Below, one piece after another: positions 34,260 to 43,186 of a DNA stretch of 64,000 bases. How positions within the stretch are numbered: the stretch's first letter is position 1; each line of letters starts with the position of its first letter. Under the pieces are notes generated by a model. The model was given only the letters and a program-made list of their open reading frames with translations. It ran no database searches and had not been told where the DNA came from. The DNA is from Spirochaetia bacterium (lineage in GTDB: Bacteria > Spirochaetota > Spirochaetia > DSM-2461), in contig OY764216.1 in NCBI GenBank assembly GCA_963668315.1, forward strand, positions 5,248,001 to 5,312,000. The letters run 5' to 3'. The translations under genes were made by a program, and so were the position numbers.

Positions 34260-35159
34260 TCACTGGAGCTTTTTTAGAAGCTCAACCTTGGAACGTATGC
34301 CTGTTTTACGATAGATGCGGGTTATGTGATTGCTCACCGTATTGGGGGAGATTTGCAGTTCTCCGGCGATTTCCTTGTAGGATAGCCCCCTGTCTATTCC
34401 CCGGATGATCTCCGTTTCCCTGTCGGTAAGACCGTATTTCTTCCTGTTCTTGCTGGAAAGGTCCAGTTCCCCGCCCGACCGGAAAGTGGCCAGGGGCTGA
34501 AGAAAATAGATAATGGCTCCCAGGGAAAGCCAGAAATAGAACTGGCTGAGGATAATAAAATTCAAGGCGGAACGGTCGGGAAGAAGGGCCCGGAAAATGA
34601 GAATCAGGGGAAGAAAGATAAGAGGCACCAGCAGTACGATAATCAGGGAGATTCTCAAACGGACTTCAGCCACGTTCTTGATGCCCCGGGCGCTGTTTGT
34701 AAGAAGATAGGCCTGAACGGCGAACAGCAGCAGGGACATGGCGGGAGAGATGAATCCGGGCGGTTCGGTAAGTCTGTTTACCACGGCGGCGCTGAAATAG
34801 AAAATTCCTGCCAGTATAACCAGAGAAAGCTGGCCGGGCTTCCATTTCTCCCGCCGGATGTAATTGAGAGTGGCTCCCAGATAGTAGAGAAGCAGAGCAT
34901 ACCCCAGATCCCTGACAATCAGAAAGACTTTGATATACCACCTCTCCTCGGGAAGTTTCATGATATGGCTGTAGTAGAAGAAAACCGCCTCCAGAAAGAA
35001 AAGAAAGGTAAAATAAATAATAAAAGCAATGGTTTTAAGCTGCCAGACCTCCCTCTCCTTGATCCAGCAGGCGATGCAAAGGGCCAGCGCGGCAAAGCAC
35101 ATGGCAAAGGAGAAGGAATAGACGAGAAGAGAAAAATGGGAGAGCGGTTCAGAAAGCAT
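34260..35159 (-). CDS. Membrane-anchored LuxR-type regulator (about 7 TM + C-terminal HTH)
   Basis: Hydrophobic N-terminal ~230 aa, then 'GLTDRETEII...GLSYKEIA..L.ISPNTVSNH...IYRK'. Confidence 0.88.
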   Translation of the reverse strand: MLSEPLSHFSLLVYSFSFAMCFAALALCIACWIKEREVWQLKTIAFIIYFTFLFFLEAVFFYYSHIMKLPEERWYIKVFLIVRDLGYALLLYYLGATLNYIRREKWKPGQLSLVILAGIFYFSAAVVNRLTEPPGFISPAMSLLLFAVQAYLLTNSARGIKNVAEVRLRISLIIVLLVPLIFLPLILIFRALLPDRSALNFIILSQFYFWLSLGAIIYFLQPLATFRSGGELDLSSKNRKKYGLTDRETEIIRGIDRGLSYKEIAGELQISPNTVSNHITRIYRKTGIRSKVELLKKLQ

Positions 35160-35160
35160 A

Positions 35161-36762
35161 TCAGTCCTGCTCCAGGCTGGCAAAGCAGCGGTCCACCATA
35201 TCGGGGTTTTCCACCCCGGTAGCCAGACTGACAATCACGGTGACGGCCAGGGCAAGGGGACCGGAAAAAACCAGCTGGTCCACATCGCCCAGGGCGGGAA
35301 AGAGAACGGGCCTTCCGAACACCGCTTGGCAGATGCCGAAAACGGCGGCTTCCTTGGTATGGAGGAAGAGATAGCAGAAGACCGCGGCAAAAAAACCGGC
35401 CAGGGCTCCGCTGACCGCTCCCCTCTTCGTCAGTCTCCGCCAGTAGAGGGAGAGGGCATAGGAAGGGAGGAAGCAGGATGCCATCAGGCCGAAAAAGATG
35501 GCCGTGGCCCGGGCGATAACGCCGGCGCCCATATTGAAGGCGAACCAGGCCGAAGCGATCAGCGCCAGAACGATGCCAATCCTTGTGACGATCACCCCGC
35601 TCTGTTCACCCGTCTTCACCCGGCCCTTCATAAGGAACTGCTCGAAGAAGTCCCTTCCCACCGAAGTGCCGATCGTATGGAACTGGGAACTGAGAGTGCT
35701 CATTCCCGCGGAAAGAATGGCCAGCATGAAAAGATAGCCGAACCAGTCGGGCAGGTAGGTATCGATATAGGTGGGAAGGACGGCGTCCACATTACCGCCG
35801 GCGGCGGTCACGGCGATGATTCCCTGGTCATTCCAGAAGTGTACGTTCATAAGGGGCGCGGCCAGATATCCCGCTCCCACGGTAAAGAAAATAAAGATTC
35901 CCCCGATGAGTATGGCCCGGTTCATCTCCCGGCCGCTTTTAACGGTCATAAAGCGCACGACCAGCTGGGGCTGCGCAAGAGTGCCGACCCCCACGCTCAG
36001 GACCAGGGACGAAAAGATCGTCCACCAGATGGGCGATCCCGTCTCCGGGGCCTTCGTCCAGCTGGTGATGCCCCCCTTCGCGACAGCTTCGGGGATGGCC
36101 TGTGACAGTCCCGCCAGAGCCCGTGTCCCCTCGCCGAACCCGCCGACATGCTTCAGGACGAAGCCCAAAAGGAATATCATGCCCACGAAAATCAGGGATC
36201 CCTGGAGGGCGTCGGTATACATGACCCCCTTCAGCCCCCCCATTATGACATAAGCCCCCACGAGAACGGTAAAGATAATAACAGAAAAGGAGTAATCCAC
36301 CCCCAGAAGGCCTTCCATAATCCTGGCCCCGCCGATAAGCACGGCCGCCGTATAGACGGGCATGAAAAGGAAAATCACCATACCGGCAAATCCCTGCATA
36401 AAGGGGGAACCGATCCGGCGTGAAAGGAACTCGGGAAAGGTATGGGCATCAAGAACCAGCCCCATCTTCCTCGTCCGTTTTCCGAACAGGGTGAAGGCCA
36501 GAAAGATACCGACGAATATGTTCATAAAGACGAGCCACATCAAAGAGAAGCCGTAAAGAGAAGCAATCCCGGAAAAACCCACCAGGGCCGATGTGGAAAT
36601 AAAGGTGGCCCCGTAACTCATCGCCATGATGAAGGGATGGGTGTTGCGGCCCGCCAGAAGGTAATCGGCCGAATCGGAAGTGTTTTTATACCCCTTGTAT
36701 CCCAGCCAGGCCAGCAGAGCCAGATAGAGAAGAATAACGGTGACAAGAACAAAGGGACTCAT
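35161..36762 (-). CDS. Sodium:solute symporter (SSS family)
   Basis: 'DYLLAGR', 'GGLKGVMYTD..QG', 'QPQLVVRF', 'SAGMSTLSS'. Confidence 0.93.
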   Translation of the reverse strand: MSPFVLVTVILLYLALLAWLGYKGYKNTSDSADYLLAGRNTHPFIMAMSYGATFISTSALVGFSGIASLYGFSLMWLVFMNIFVGIFLAFTLFGKRTRKMGLVLDAHTFPEFLSRRIGSPFMQGFAGMVIFLFMPVYTAAVLIGGARIMEGLLGVDYSFSVIIFTVLVGAYVIMGGLKGVMYTDALQGSLIFVGMIFLLGFVLKHVGGFGEGTRALAGLSQAIPEAVAKGGITSWTKAPETGSPIWWTIFSSLVLSVGVGTLAQPQLVVRFMTVKSGREMNRAILIGGIFIFFTVGAGYLAAPLMNVHFWNDQGIIAVTAAGGNVDAVLPTYIDTYLPDWFGYLFMLAILSAGMSTLSSQFHTIGTSVGRDFFEQFLMKGRVKTGEQSGVIVTRIGIVLALIASAWFAFNMGAGVIARATAIFFGLMASCFLPSYALSLYWRRLTKRGAVSGALAGFFAAVFCYLFLHTKEAAVFGICQAVFGRPVLFPALGDVDQLVFSGPLALAVTVIVSLATGVENPDMVDRCFASLEQD

Positions 36763-36950
36763 GAATGACTCTCCCCGGAAAGCTCCTCTTCGATTTTTTT
36801 CTCCTCCCGCGACCAGGCCGCTTCTTCCTCGGCTCTTTCACGGGACAGGTTCCCCTCTTTGTTCCATTTTGCCAGGCCATAGGCGATGCAGAGAATCAAA
36901 GAAAGAACGGTAAGAATCAAAACCGCCGTAACATTCCCATCGGTAACCAT
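36759..36950 (-). CDS. Small single-TM symporter accessory protein
   Basis: 'LCIAYGLAKWN' plus an acidic tail; GGAGG RBS before ATG 36950; ATGA overlap with the SSS gene. Confidence 0.8.
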   Translation of the reverse strand: MVTDGNVTAVLILTVLSLILCIAYGLAKWNKEGNLSRERAEEEAAWSREEKKIEEELSGESHS

Positions 36951-37026
36951 AATCCCCTCCGAAAAACGGGTTTCTTTATAGACAGAATCAACCAAGGTGT
37001 CATTTATATTATCAACAGCCTGTGAA

Positions 37027-37620
37027 TTATTCAAGGACTCTTTTCTGAAGTTCCAGAATCAGTTCTTCTCCTTCAAAAAAACGGTAATCCTCCGCCATTT
37101 TACTCACCCTGCCCAGCTCTTCCCGAAAAGATTCGGGAATAAGGGATGCGGACTGTTCCAGACGGGAAAGGGCTTTTCCCACCTCTTCGGGGGAAAAAGA
37201 GCCGAAAGCCTCCGCCATTCCCTCCAGCAGGGAGGGGAAGTCCGGCCAGGGGGAAATACCGTCTCCCCCGCTGTTTTTCCGGCTGATCCCCTGACCTGCC
37301 CTCTCCACTTCATCCCATACGGGGCGGAATTCCTCGCAAACCCGGCCAAGGGCGGCCTCGGTCTGCCCGTACTGACCGGCCTTCAGGAGGAGTTCCAGCT
37401 CCAGGGCGCGGCCGGCCAGCTCTTCGGCTCCCAGGGAAGCGGCGAGATTTTTCAGGCTGTGGGTTATGACATAGGCTTCCCGGTCTTCGGCCAGGATAAA
37501 ACGGCTTACCCGTTCGGGATAGTCCCCGTAATCACGGATAAAATAGCCGGCCATATGATCATAGAGCTCCCTTTCGCCGTCCAGACGCTTCAGCGCCTCT
37601 TCCCTGTTGAGCCGGGACAT
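37027..37620 (-). CDS. Stand-alone Hpt-domain protein
   Basis: 'EALKRLDG', phospho-His 'HSLKNLAASLGA'. Confidence 0.85.
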   Translation of the reverse strand: MSRLNREEALKRLDGERELYDHMAGYFIRDYGDYPERVSRFILAEDREAYVITHSLKNLAASLGAEELAGRALELELLLKAGQYGQTEAALGRVCEEFRPVWDEVERAGQGISRKNSGGDGISPWPDFPSLLEGMAEAFGSFSPEEVGKALSRLEQSASLIPESFREELGRVSKMAEDYRFFEGEELILELQKRVLE

Positions 37621-38796
37621 CTAGGAGTAATTCTCCATGACCCTCTTGAACCCGGGCAGAGAACGCCTGATCACATCCTCTCCCACGCAGTAGGTCAGGC
37701 GGATATATCCGGGAAGGGCAAAACCCCGGCCGGGAACGGCCAGGATATTTTCCCCCTGCAGGGTATCCACCATTTTCAGATCGTCACCCCCGGGAACTTT
37801 GGGGAAAAGATAGAAGGCCCCTTCCGGCTTATTCACTTCAAATCCGGCGTCAATCAGACCATTGTAAAGCAGGTCACGCCGTTTCCGGTACACATCGATA
37901 TCAACAGACATTCCCTGAAGCCGGGCGATGGTGCGCTGCATCAGGGCGTTGGCGTTGACATACCCCAGAATTCTGTTGCACAGAATAGCGGCGCCCACCA
38001 GATCTTCGGCGTCCTCGCACAGGGGATTGATGGCCAGATAACCGATTCTCTCCCCGGGCAATGACAGATCCTTGGAATAGGATGTACACAGCATGGTGTG
38101 GGGATAGATCTTCAGAAGGGAGGGAACAACCACTCCGTCATAGGCGATTTTTCGGTAGGGCTCATCGGTGATGATGTAAATGCGCCGGCCCGTCTCCCCG
38201 AACTTCCTGTCCAGCATATCGGCCAGGGCTTTGAGGGTTGATTCGGGATAGATCTTTCCCGTCGGGTTATTGGGCGAATTGACAATCAGAGCCGCGGTTT
38301 TCTCATCGATTGCCGCTTCAAAGGCTTCGACATCCAGGTCAAAGTCCTCTTTGGAATCGACATAAACCAGCTTTCCCCCGTGGTTGTCGCAGTAGAAATC
38401 ATACTCGACGAAACAGGGACGGGCCACCAGCACCGTATCTCCCGGATTCAGAATACTCTTCAGGGCGATATTGAGAGCCCCGCCGGCACCGCTTGTCATC
38501 AGAACCTGCTCCATGCCTATCTCGACACCCTGCTCTTCCCGGATATATCCGGCTATGGCCGATCGGGCTCCGGGATATCCGGCATTGGCCATATAACCGT
38601 GCCACTCCTTGCGGCCGGCTTCCTCGAGCAATACCCGAGTGACCTCCTCGGGGGGAAGGAGGTCGGGGTTTCCCAGGGAAAAGTCATATACATTCTCTGC
38701 GCCGAACTCAGCCTTGAGCTTAGTGCCGGTCTCAAACATTTTTCTTATAAAAGAAGAGGAGCCCTGCATCCCCTTGATTTTCTTTGAAACTGCCAT
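37621..38796 (-). CDS. Class I/II aminotransferase (aspartate aminotransferase-like)
   Basis: 'FSLGNPD', 'NSPNNPTG', 'DEPY', 'SYSKDLSLPGERIG'. Confidence 0.93.
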   Translation of the reverse strand: MAVSKKIKGMQGSSSFIRKMFETGTKLKAEFGAENVYDFSLGNPDLLPPEEVTRVLLEEAGRKEWHGYMANAGYPGARSAIAGYIREEQGVEIGMEQVLMTSGAGGALNIALKSILNPGDTVLVARPCFVEYDFYCDNHGGKLVYVDSKEDFDLDVEAFEAAIDEKTAALIVNSPNNPTGKIYPESTLKALADMLDRKFGETGRRIYIITDEPYRKIAYDGVVVPSLLKIYPHTMLCTSYSKDLSLPGERIGYLAINPLCEDAEDLVGAAILCNRILGYVNANALMQRTIARLQGMSVDIDVYRKRRDLLYNGLIDAGFEVNKPEGAFYLFPKVPGGDDLKMVDTLQGENILAVPGRGFALPGYIRLTYCVGEDVIRRSLPGFKRVMENYS

Positions 38797-38897
38797 AAAT
38801 ACTCCTTGGTTATAACAATCGCGGAAAACGTGATTACATCATAAAGATTTTTCCCATTTCTATCAATGAATCCTCCCCTGATCTTCTACGGTCCGGT

Positions 38898-39836
38898 CTA
38901 TCGGGAAAACAGAACCGCTGCGGCAAGGGGAAGGGTATAAAAAAGTCCTATGATCATCATGTTCTTCGGCGCCAGGGAAAAGGTTTTCTCCTTGGACGGC
39001 ATTTTTACAAAATTCGCTGTATTCCTGAGGGTTAGGGGAAAACTGACCAGGAAGACCAGAGACACCACTGGCAGAATTCCCGCCGCAATGCCGACGGCGG
39101 CGGCCAGATAGACGGCATAAAGGGAAAACCGGTAAAGCTTCAGAGAGGCGGGTATTCCGATAAAATGGGGCAGAGGATAACGCCTGTTTCTGATATCCTG
39201 TTCCAGATCGCAGATATTATTGGCCAGCATGATGTTGGAGATGGAGAAGACCAGAGGAAGGGAAGCCAGCAGGAGAGCCCCCGTCTCCTTCCAGGCCAGA
39301 GAGATGAGCAGAGTCCCGCCCTCAAGACTGAGGAGAAGCAGGGAGGGACGATGAATATACACAGCCAGGTAGGGAATGAGAAACCCCATGAAAAAACCGG
39401 AAAAAACCTCCCCCAGGGGAAGGCGTGAGACGGGAACGGGCCCGGCCGTATAAAGGATTCCCACGGCGAAAGATAAACCGCCCAGAATAAGCACCGCCGG
39501 CCCCGTTCTTACAAAGAGAAGCAAGCCGAAGAAGAGCGCCCCGAGTCCCATGAGGCCTATTGCGAGCCTTACCGTTTTCAGGGAAAAACCCTCCGCGCCG
39601 ATGACATTATCCTTCCGTTTATACTCCCGGTCCACCGATTTGACGTAATCCACGTAGTTATTGACCGCCGTCGTCGTCATATCGAATAAAAGCAGAGAGG
39701 CAAACATGAGAAAAGCGTTGGCTCCGTCAATTTCCCCATAGCGGCGGAGAGCGTACAAAGTGCCGAAAAGAAAGGGAAAAAGACTGGCCACCTTTGTCCG
39801 AATTTCCACAAGATTTAAAAAGTCCTTAATAGTCAT
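38898..39836 (-). CDS. menA: 1,4-dihydroxy-2-naphthoate prenyltransferase (UbiA family, MenA/DmkA type)
   Basis: 'LVEIRTKVAS', 'FDMTTTAVNNYVD', 'YTAGP..SR.PLGE', 'MLANNICD...D'. Confidence 0.9.
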   Translation of the reverse strand: MTIKDFLNLVEIRTKVASLFPFLFGTLYALRRYGEIDGANAFLMFASLLLFDMTTTAVNNYVDYVKSVDREYKRKDNVIGAEGFSLKTVRLAIGLMGLGALFFGLLLFVRTGPAVLILGGLSFAVGILYTAGPVPVSRLPLGEVFSGFFMGFLIPYLAVYIHRPSLLLLSLEGGTLLISLAWKETGALLLASLPLVFSISNIMLANNICDLEQDIRNRRYPLPHFIGIPASLKLYRFSLYAVYLAAAVGIAAGILPVVSLVFLVSFPLTLRNTANFVKMPSKEKTFSLAPKNMMIIGLFYTLPLAAAVLFSR

Positions 39837-40001
39837 GACTTTCCTCTTTTTTTTCCATATTCTACCATTTGCCGTCTTGTTATTCAATTTTACTTTCAGT
39901 TATACTATTGAACCGATAGAAATATATGATTGAATTTTCATCATTCCTATGTTTCCGAAATTTTCTATTTGCATAACTAAAATAAAATAAAGGAGCGGCA
40001 G

Positions 40002-41963
40002 ATGAAAAAGATTGTCCTCTTGGGAGGGGGATACGCCGGTGTACATGCGGCCAAAATCCTGCTCAAGGCATTCAAGAAAGATAAGGATGTTTCTCTAACC
40101 CTAATCGACAGGAACTCTTACCACACACTCATGACGGAACTTCACGAAGTAGCGGGAAACCGTGTAAATGAAGGATGTGTCAAAATCAGTTACGACAGGA
40201 TTTTCTCTTCCAGAGACATCAATGTAGTACAGGATGATATTACCAGGATAGACAGGGACAAGCAGGTGATTTATTCAGAAAACGCCAGCTACGAATATGA
40301 CTATCTTGTTATGGGAACCGGTGCGGAACCTACCGACTTCGGCATTCCCGGCGTTCTGGATAACGGCCTTACCCTCTGGAGCTATGACGACGCGGTCAGA
40401 ATCAAGGAACACATCCGTGATAGATTTTATACTGCCGCCAAGACCTTCGAGAAGGAAGAGCGGAAAAAGCTTCTTACTTTTATTGTAGCCGGATCGGGCT
40501 TCACCGGTATTGAAATGGTGGGAGAACTTATCGAATGGCTCCCCCTCCTCTGCGACGAGTTCAATATCGACCGCGACGAATACAAGCTTATCAATGTCGA
40601 GGCCCTCGGACATATTCTCAATATGATTCCCGAAAAGCCCCGTGCCAAAGCCATGAAATACATGGTGAAGAAGGGCGTGGAATTCCGCCTGAACTCATTT
40701 ATCAGCAAGGTTGACGAAAGCGTTCTTCACCTCAAGGACGGAACCAGTATCGATTTCGGCACTCTGATCTGGACCTGCGGTGTCAGAGGAAACAGCCAGG
40801 GTCTCGAATGGGGACTGACCGAAGGTCACGTCCAGAGACTCAGAGTCGACGAGACCATGAAAACCCCCGACTATGACAACATCTATATCGTCGGTGATGA
40901 TCAGTGGTTCCTTGAAAATGAAAGACCTATTCCCCAGATCGTAGAAGCGGCCGAACAGACCGCAGCCGTAGCGGCTAAAAACATCGTAAACCGCATAAAG
41001 GGCATCGATAAGAAGGTGGAGTTCAAATCCGACTTCCACGGTTTTATGGTCTCCATCGGCGGAAGATACGCCGTTTCCAATACCATGGGATTCTCCCTGA
41101 GCGGTATTCCCGCCATGGCTCTCAAGCACCTGGTCAACTGCTACTACCTCCACGGTGTCTGCGGTTTCAACGGCTGGGCTAAATACCTGATCCACGAGAT
41201 TTTCCGCATCGGCAATAAAAGGTCTCTTCTCGGCGGCCTGATCGCCGGCAATATCCAGGGTCTCTGGGCCGTTCCCCTCAGACTGTGGCTCGGACTCATG
41301 TGGCTTTTCGAAGGCATCAACAAGATCGGCGAAGGCTGGCTCAATTCCGCCAAGGGCACCAGTTCATCCTGGATGTTCTCCTCCGGCGTCATCCAGAACG
41401 GCATGCCCGGTTACGGTCAGTCCGGGGCCGAAGCTGTCTCGGCAGCCACCGGTGATGCGGCAGAAGCAGTAACGGAAGCGGTAACAACCGCCGCCGATGC
41501 GGTAACCGCGGCTTCGGATGCCGTAACTACCGCTGTAGCCAGCGTCTGGGCCCCCGTATGGGATCTTGATAAATCCGTGCTCTCCTGGGATTCCGGACTG
41601 GTGACATGGTTCCGCGAAACATTCATGGACGGCATCGCCTCCCATATCTACTACAATGTTTTCCAGGCTATGGTTGTTTCCGTCGAATGCCTTATCGGTC
41701 TTGCCCTTATCGGCGGACTTCTGACATTCCCCGCAGCGGGAGTTTCCATCATCATGTGTTTCGTCTTTATCCTGTCCGGTCTCTTCAGCTGGTCTCAGGT
41801 TTGGTTCATCTTCGCCGGCTTCCTCCTTCTGGGCGGTGCGGGCAGAACCCTCGGCCTCGACTACTGGGTACAGCCCTGGCTTAAAAAATGGTGGAACGGA
41901 ACTGCCCTGTCCCAGAAAACATACCTTTATTTTGGTGCTCCTCGGAAAAAGAGGAGAAAATAA
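40002..41963 (+). CDS. ndh: Type II NADH dehydrogenase fused to a C-terminal DoxX-like membrane domain (Ndh2 of EET type)
   Basis: 'LGGGYAG', 'GSGFTGIEMVGE', 'WTCG', 'VGD', 'AAEQ'; then 'PLRLWLG..W..EG..K', a low-complexity loop and TMs ending 'GAGRTLGLDY'. Confidence 0.92.
   Translation: MKKIVLLGGGYAGVHAAKILLKAFKKDKDVSLTLIDRNSYHTLMTELHEVAGNRVNEGCVKISYDRIFSSRDINVVQDDITRIDRDKQVIYSENASYEYDYLVMGTGAEPTDFGIPGVLDNGLTLWSYDDAVRIKEHIRDRFYTAAKTFEKEERKKLLTFIVAGSGFTGIEMVGELIEWLPLLCDEFNIDRDEYKLINVEALGHILNMIPEKPRAKAMKYMVKKGVEFRLNSFISKVDESVLHLKDGTSIDFGTLIWTCGVRGNSQGLEWGLTEGHVQRLRVDETMKTPDYDNIYIVGDDQWFLENERPIPQIVEAAEQTAAVAAKNIVNRIKGIDKKVEFKSDFHGFMVSIGGRYAVSNTMGFSLSGIPAMALKHLVNCYYLHGVCGFNGWAKYLIHEIFRIGNKRSLLGGLIAGNIQGLWAVPLRLWLGLMWLFEGINKIGEGWLNSAKGTSSSWMFSSGVIQNGMPGYGQSGAEAVSAATGDAAEAVTEAVTTAADAVTAASDAVTTAVASVWAPVWDLDKSVLSWDSGLVTWFRETFMDGIASHIYYNVFQAMVVSVECLIGLALIGGLLTFPAAGVSIIMCFVFILSGLFSWSQVWFIFAGFLLLGGAGRTLGLDYWVQPWLKKWWNGTALSQKTYLYFGAPRKKRRK
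41427..41543 (+). repeat. Tandem [D/E]AV[S/T]xA peptide repeats inside Ndh2
   Basis: AEAVSAATGDAAEAVTEAVTTAADAVTAASDAVTTAVAS; at DNA level GA(A/T)GCNGTAAC occurs four times. Confidence 0.85.
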
Positions 41964-41965
41964 AC

Positions 41966-42931
41966 TTGGTTCTGTCAAAATTCTGGAAAGCCTTTCCTTC
42001 CATGGAAGAGAGGCTGACCGGGGTGACAGGGGTAATTGAAGAGGTATGGCAAAGCAGTCCGGACTCGGTTAAGCAGGATCTCAAACCCCTGCTGCTGACA
42101 CCGGGTAAAATGCTGCGCCCTGCCTTTTTCCTTATGGCCGCCTCGGGCGGCTCTGACAAATGGGAATCTCTTTACCCTGTTGCCGCAGCTATCGAATTAA
42201 TCCATACGGCCAGCCTGATACACGATGATATTCTGGACAGGGCGCTGACCCGAAGGGGTATCCCCACCCTGAATTCCACCGTGGGCATTAAAAAAGCCGT
42301 ACTGGAAGGTGATTATCTCCTTTCAGTGGCATCCCGCCTGGCAGCGGATTCCTACCAGCCCGGCCTGATCCATGCCATAAACCGTACAATGGAAAGGCTC
42401 TGCCTGAGTGAGATAGATCAGGACCTTGGACAGGGAAAACTCTTTATCGGACGGGAACGCTATTTTGAAAGAATAAGCGGCAAAACGGCCGAGCTGTTCG
42501 GACTTGCCATGTTCACCGGTGCTCTTCTCGGAGGGAAATCCGAAGAAAAAGCAGAGGTGTTCTACCGGGCGGGCATCAGCTTCGGTCTCTCCTTCCAGAT
42601 CATGGACGATCTGCTCGATTATAACGGTTCAACCCAGAAGATGGGCAAGAAAGCGGGCAGCGATCTGAGGGGCGGAATACCTACACTCCCCCTCATTCTG
42701 GCTCTCGAGCAGAATGATCCCCTTCTGAAATGGCTTTGCCGTACGCCGCTGAAAGCCGTCTTCGCTCCTTTTATCTACAGGAGAATCAAGAAGGGCGGTT
42801 ATCTTGAAGAAGCAGGAAAGCTGGGACTTCAATACAAGGATGAATGCCTTGCTCTGATAGGGGGAGAGGATTTTCCCGACAGAGAACTGTTCGGGGAGAT
42901 CATCAATCAGCTGGCCCAGCGCCAATACTGA
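41966..42931 (+). CDS. Polyprenyl diphosphate synthase (HepT/DmkB-like)
   Basis: 'GKMLRP', 'ELIHTASLIHDD..D.A..RRG', 'KTA', 'FQIMDDLLD'. TTG start 9 nt after GAGGAG. Confidence 0.93.
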   Translation: MVLSKFWKAFPSMEERLTGVTGVIEEVWQSSPDSVKQDLKPLLLTPGKMLRPAFFLMAASGGSDKWESLYPVAAAIELIHTASLIHDDILDRALTRRGIPTLNSTVGIKKAVLEGDYLLSVASRLAADSYQPGLIHAINRTMERLCLSEIDQDLGQGKLFIGRERYFERISGKTAELFGLAMFTGALLGGKSEEKAEVFYRAGISFGLSFQIMDDLLDYNGSTQKMGKKAGSDLRGGIPTLPLILALEQNDPLLKWLCRTPLKAVFAPFIYRRIKKGGYLEEAGKLGLQYKDECLALIGGEDFPDRELFGEIINQLAQRQY

Positions 42932-42969
42932 TCCGCCATTCTTCCTGTTTTTTACTAATATTTTCAAAA

Positions 42970-43004
42970 CCGCAATCAACGGAATAACTTTTCCGTGGTT
43001 GCGG
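42970..43004. terminator. Long hairpin after the ndh-synthase operon
   Basis: CCGCAATCAACGGAA / TTCCGTGGTTGCGG imperfect inverted repeat. Confidence 0.5.
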
Positions 43005-43186
43005 GATTTCCCTCCATTTATCCCCTCACCTCCCCCGAAAAAATCATGCCGCCCCTCCTCGGAATTCCCATGACAGATAATAAACGGACTGTTTATATTT
43101 TATTCCTTTCATTATGAAGAAAAATTTGTTATGTTCTTATTAGGGGAGACGGCCAATCCCCCTCCCAATGCATAAAGGAGGCATTA

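Noticed and set aside
39926..39944. ATGATTGAATTTTCATCAT upstream of ndh as a Rex operator
   Set aside because: It is an imperfect palindrome with a poor fit to TTGTGAA-N4-TTCACAA; plausible as some operator but not supportable.
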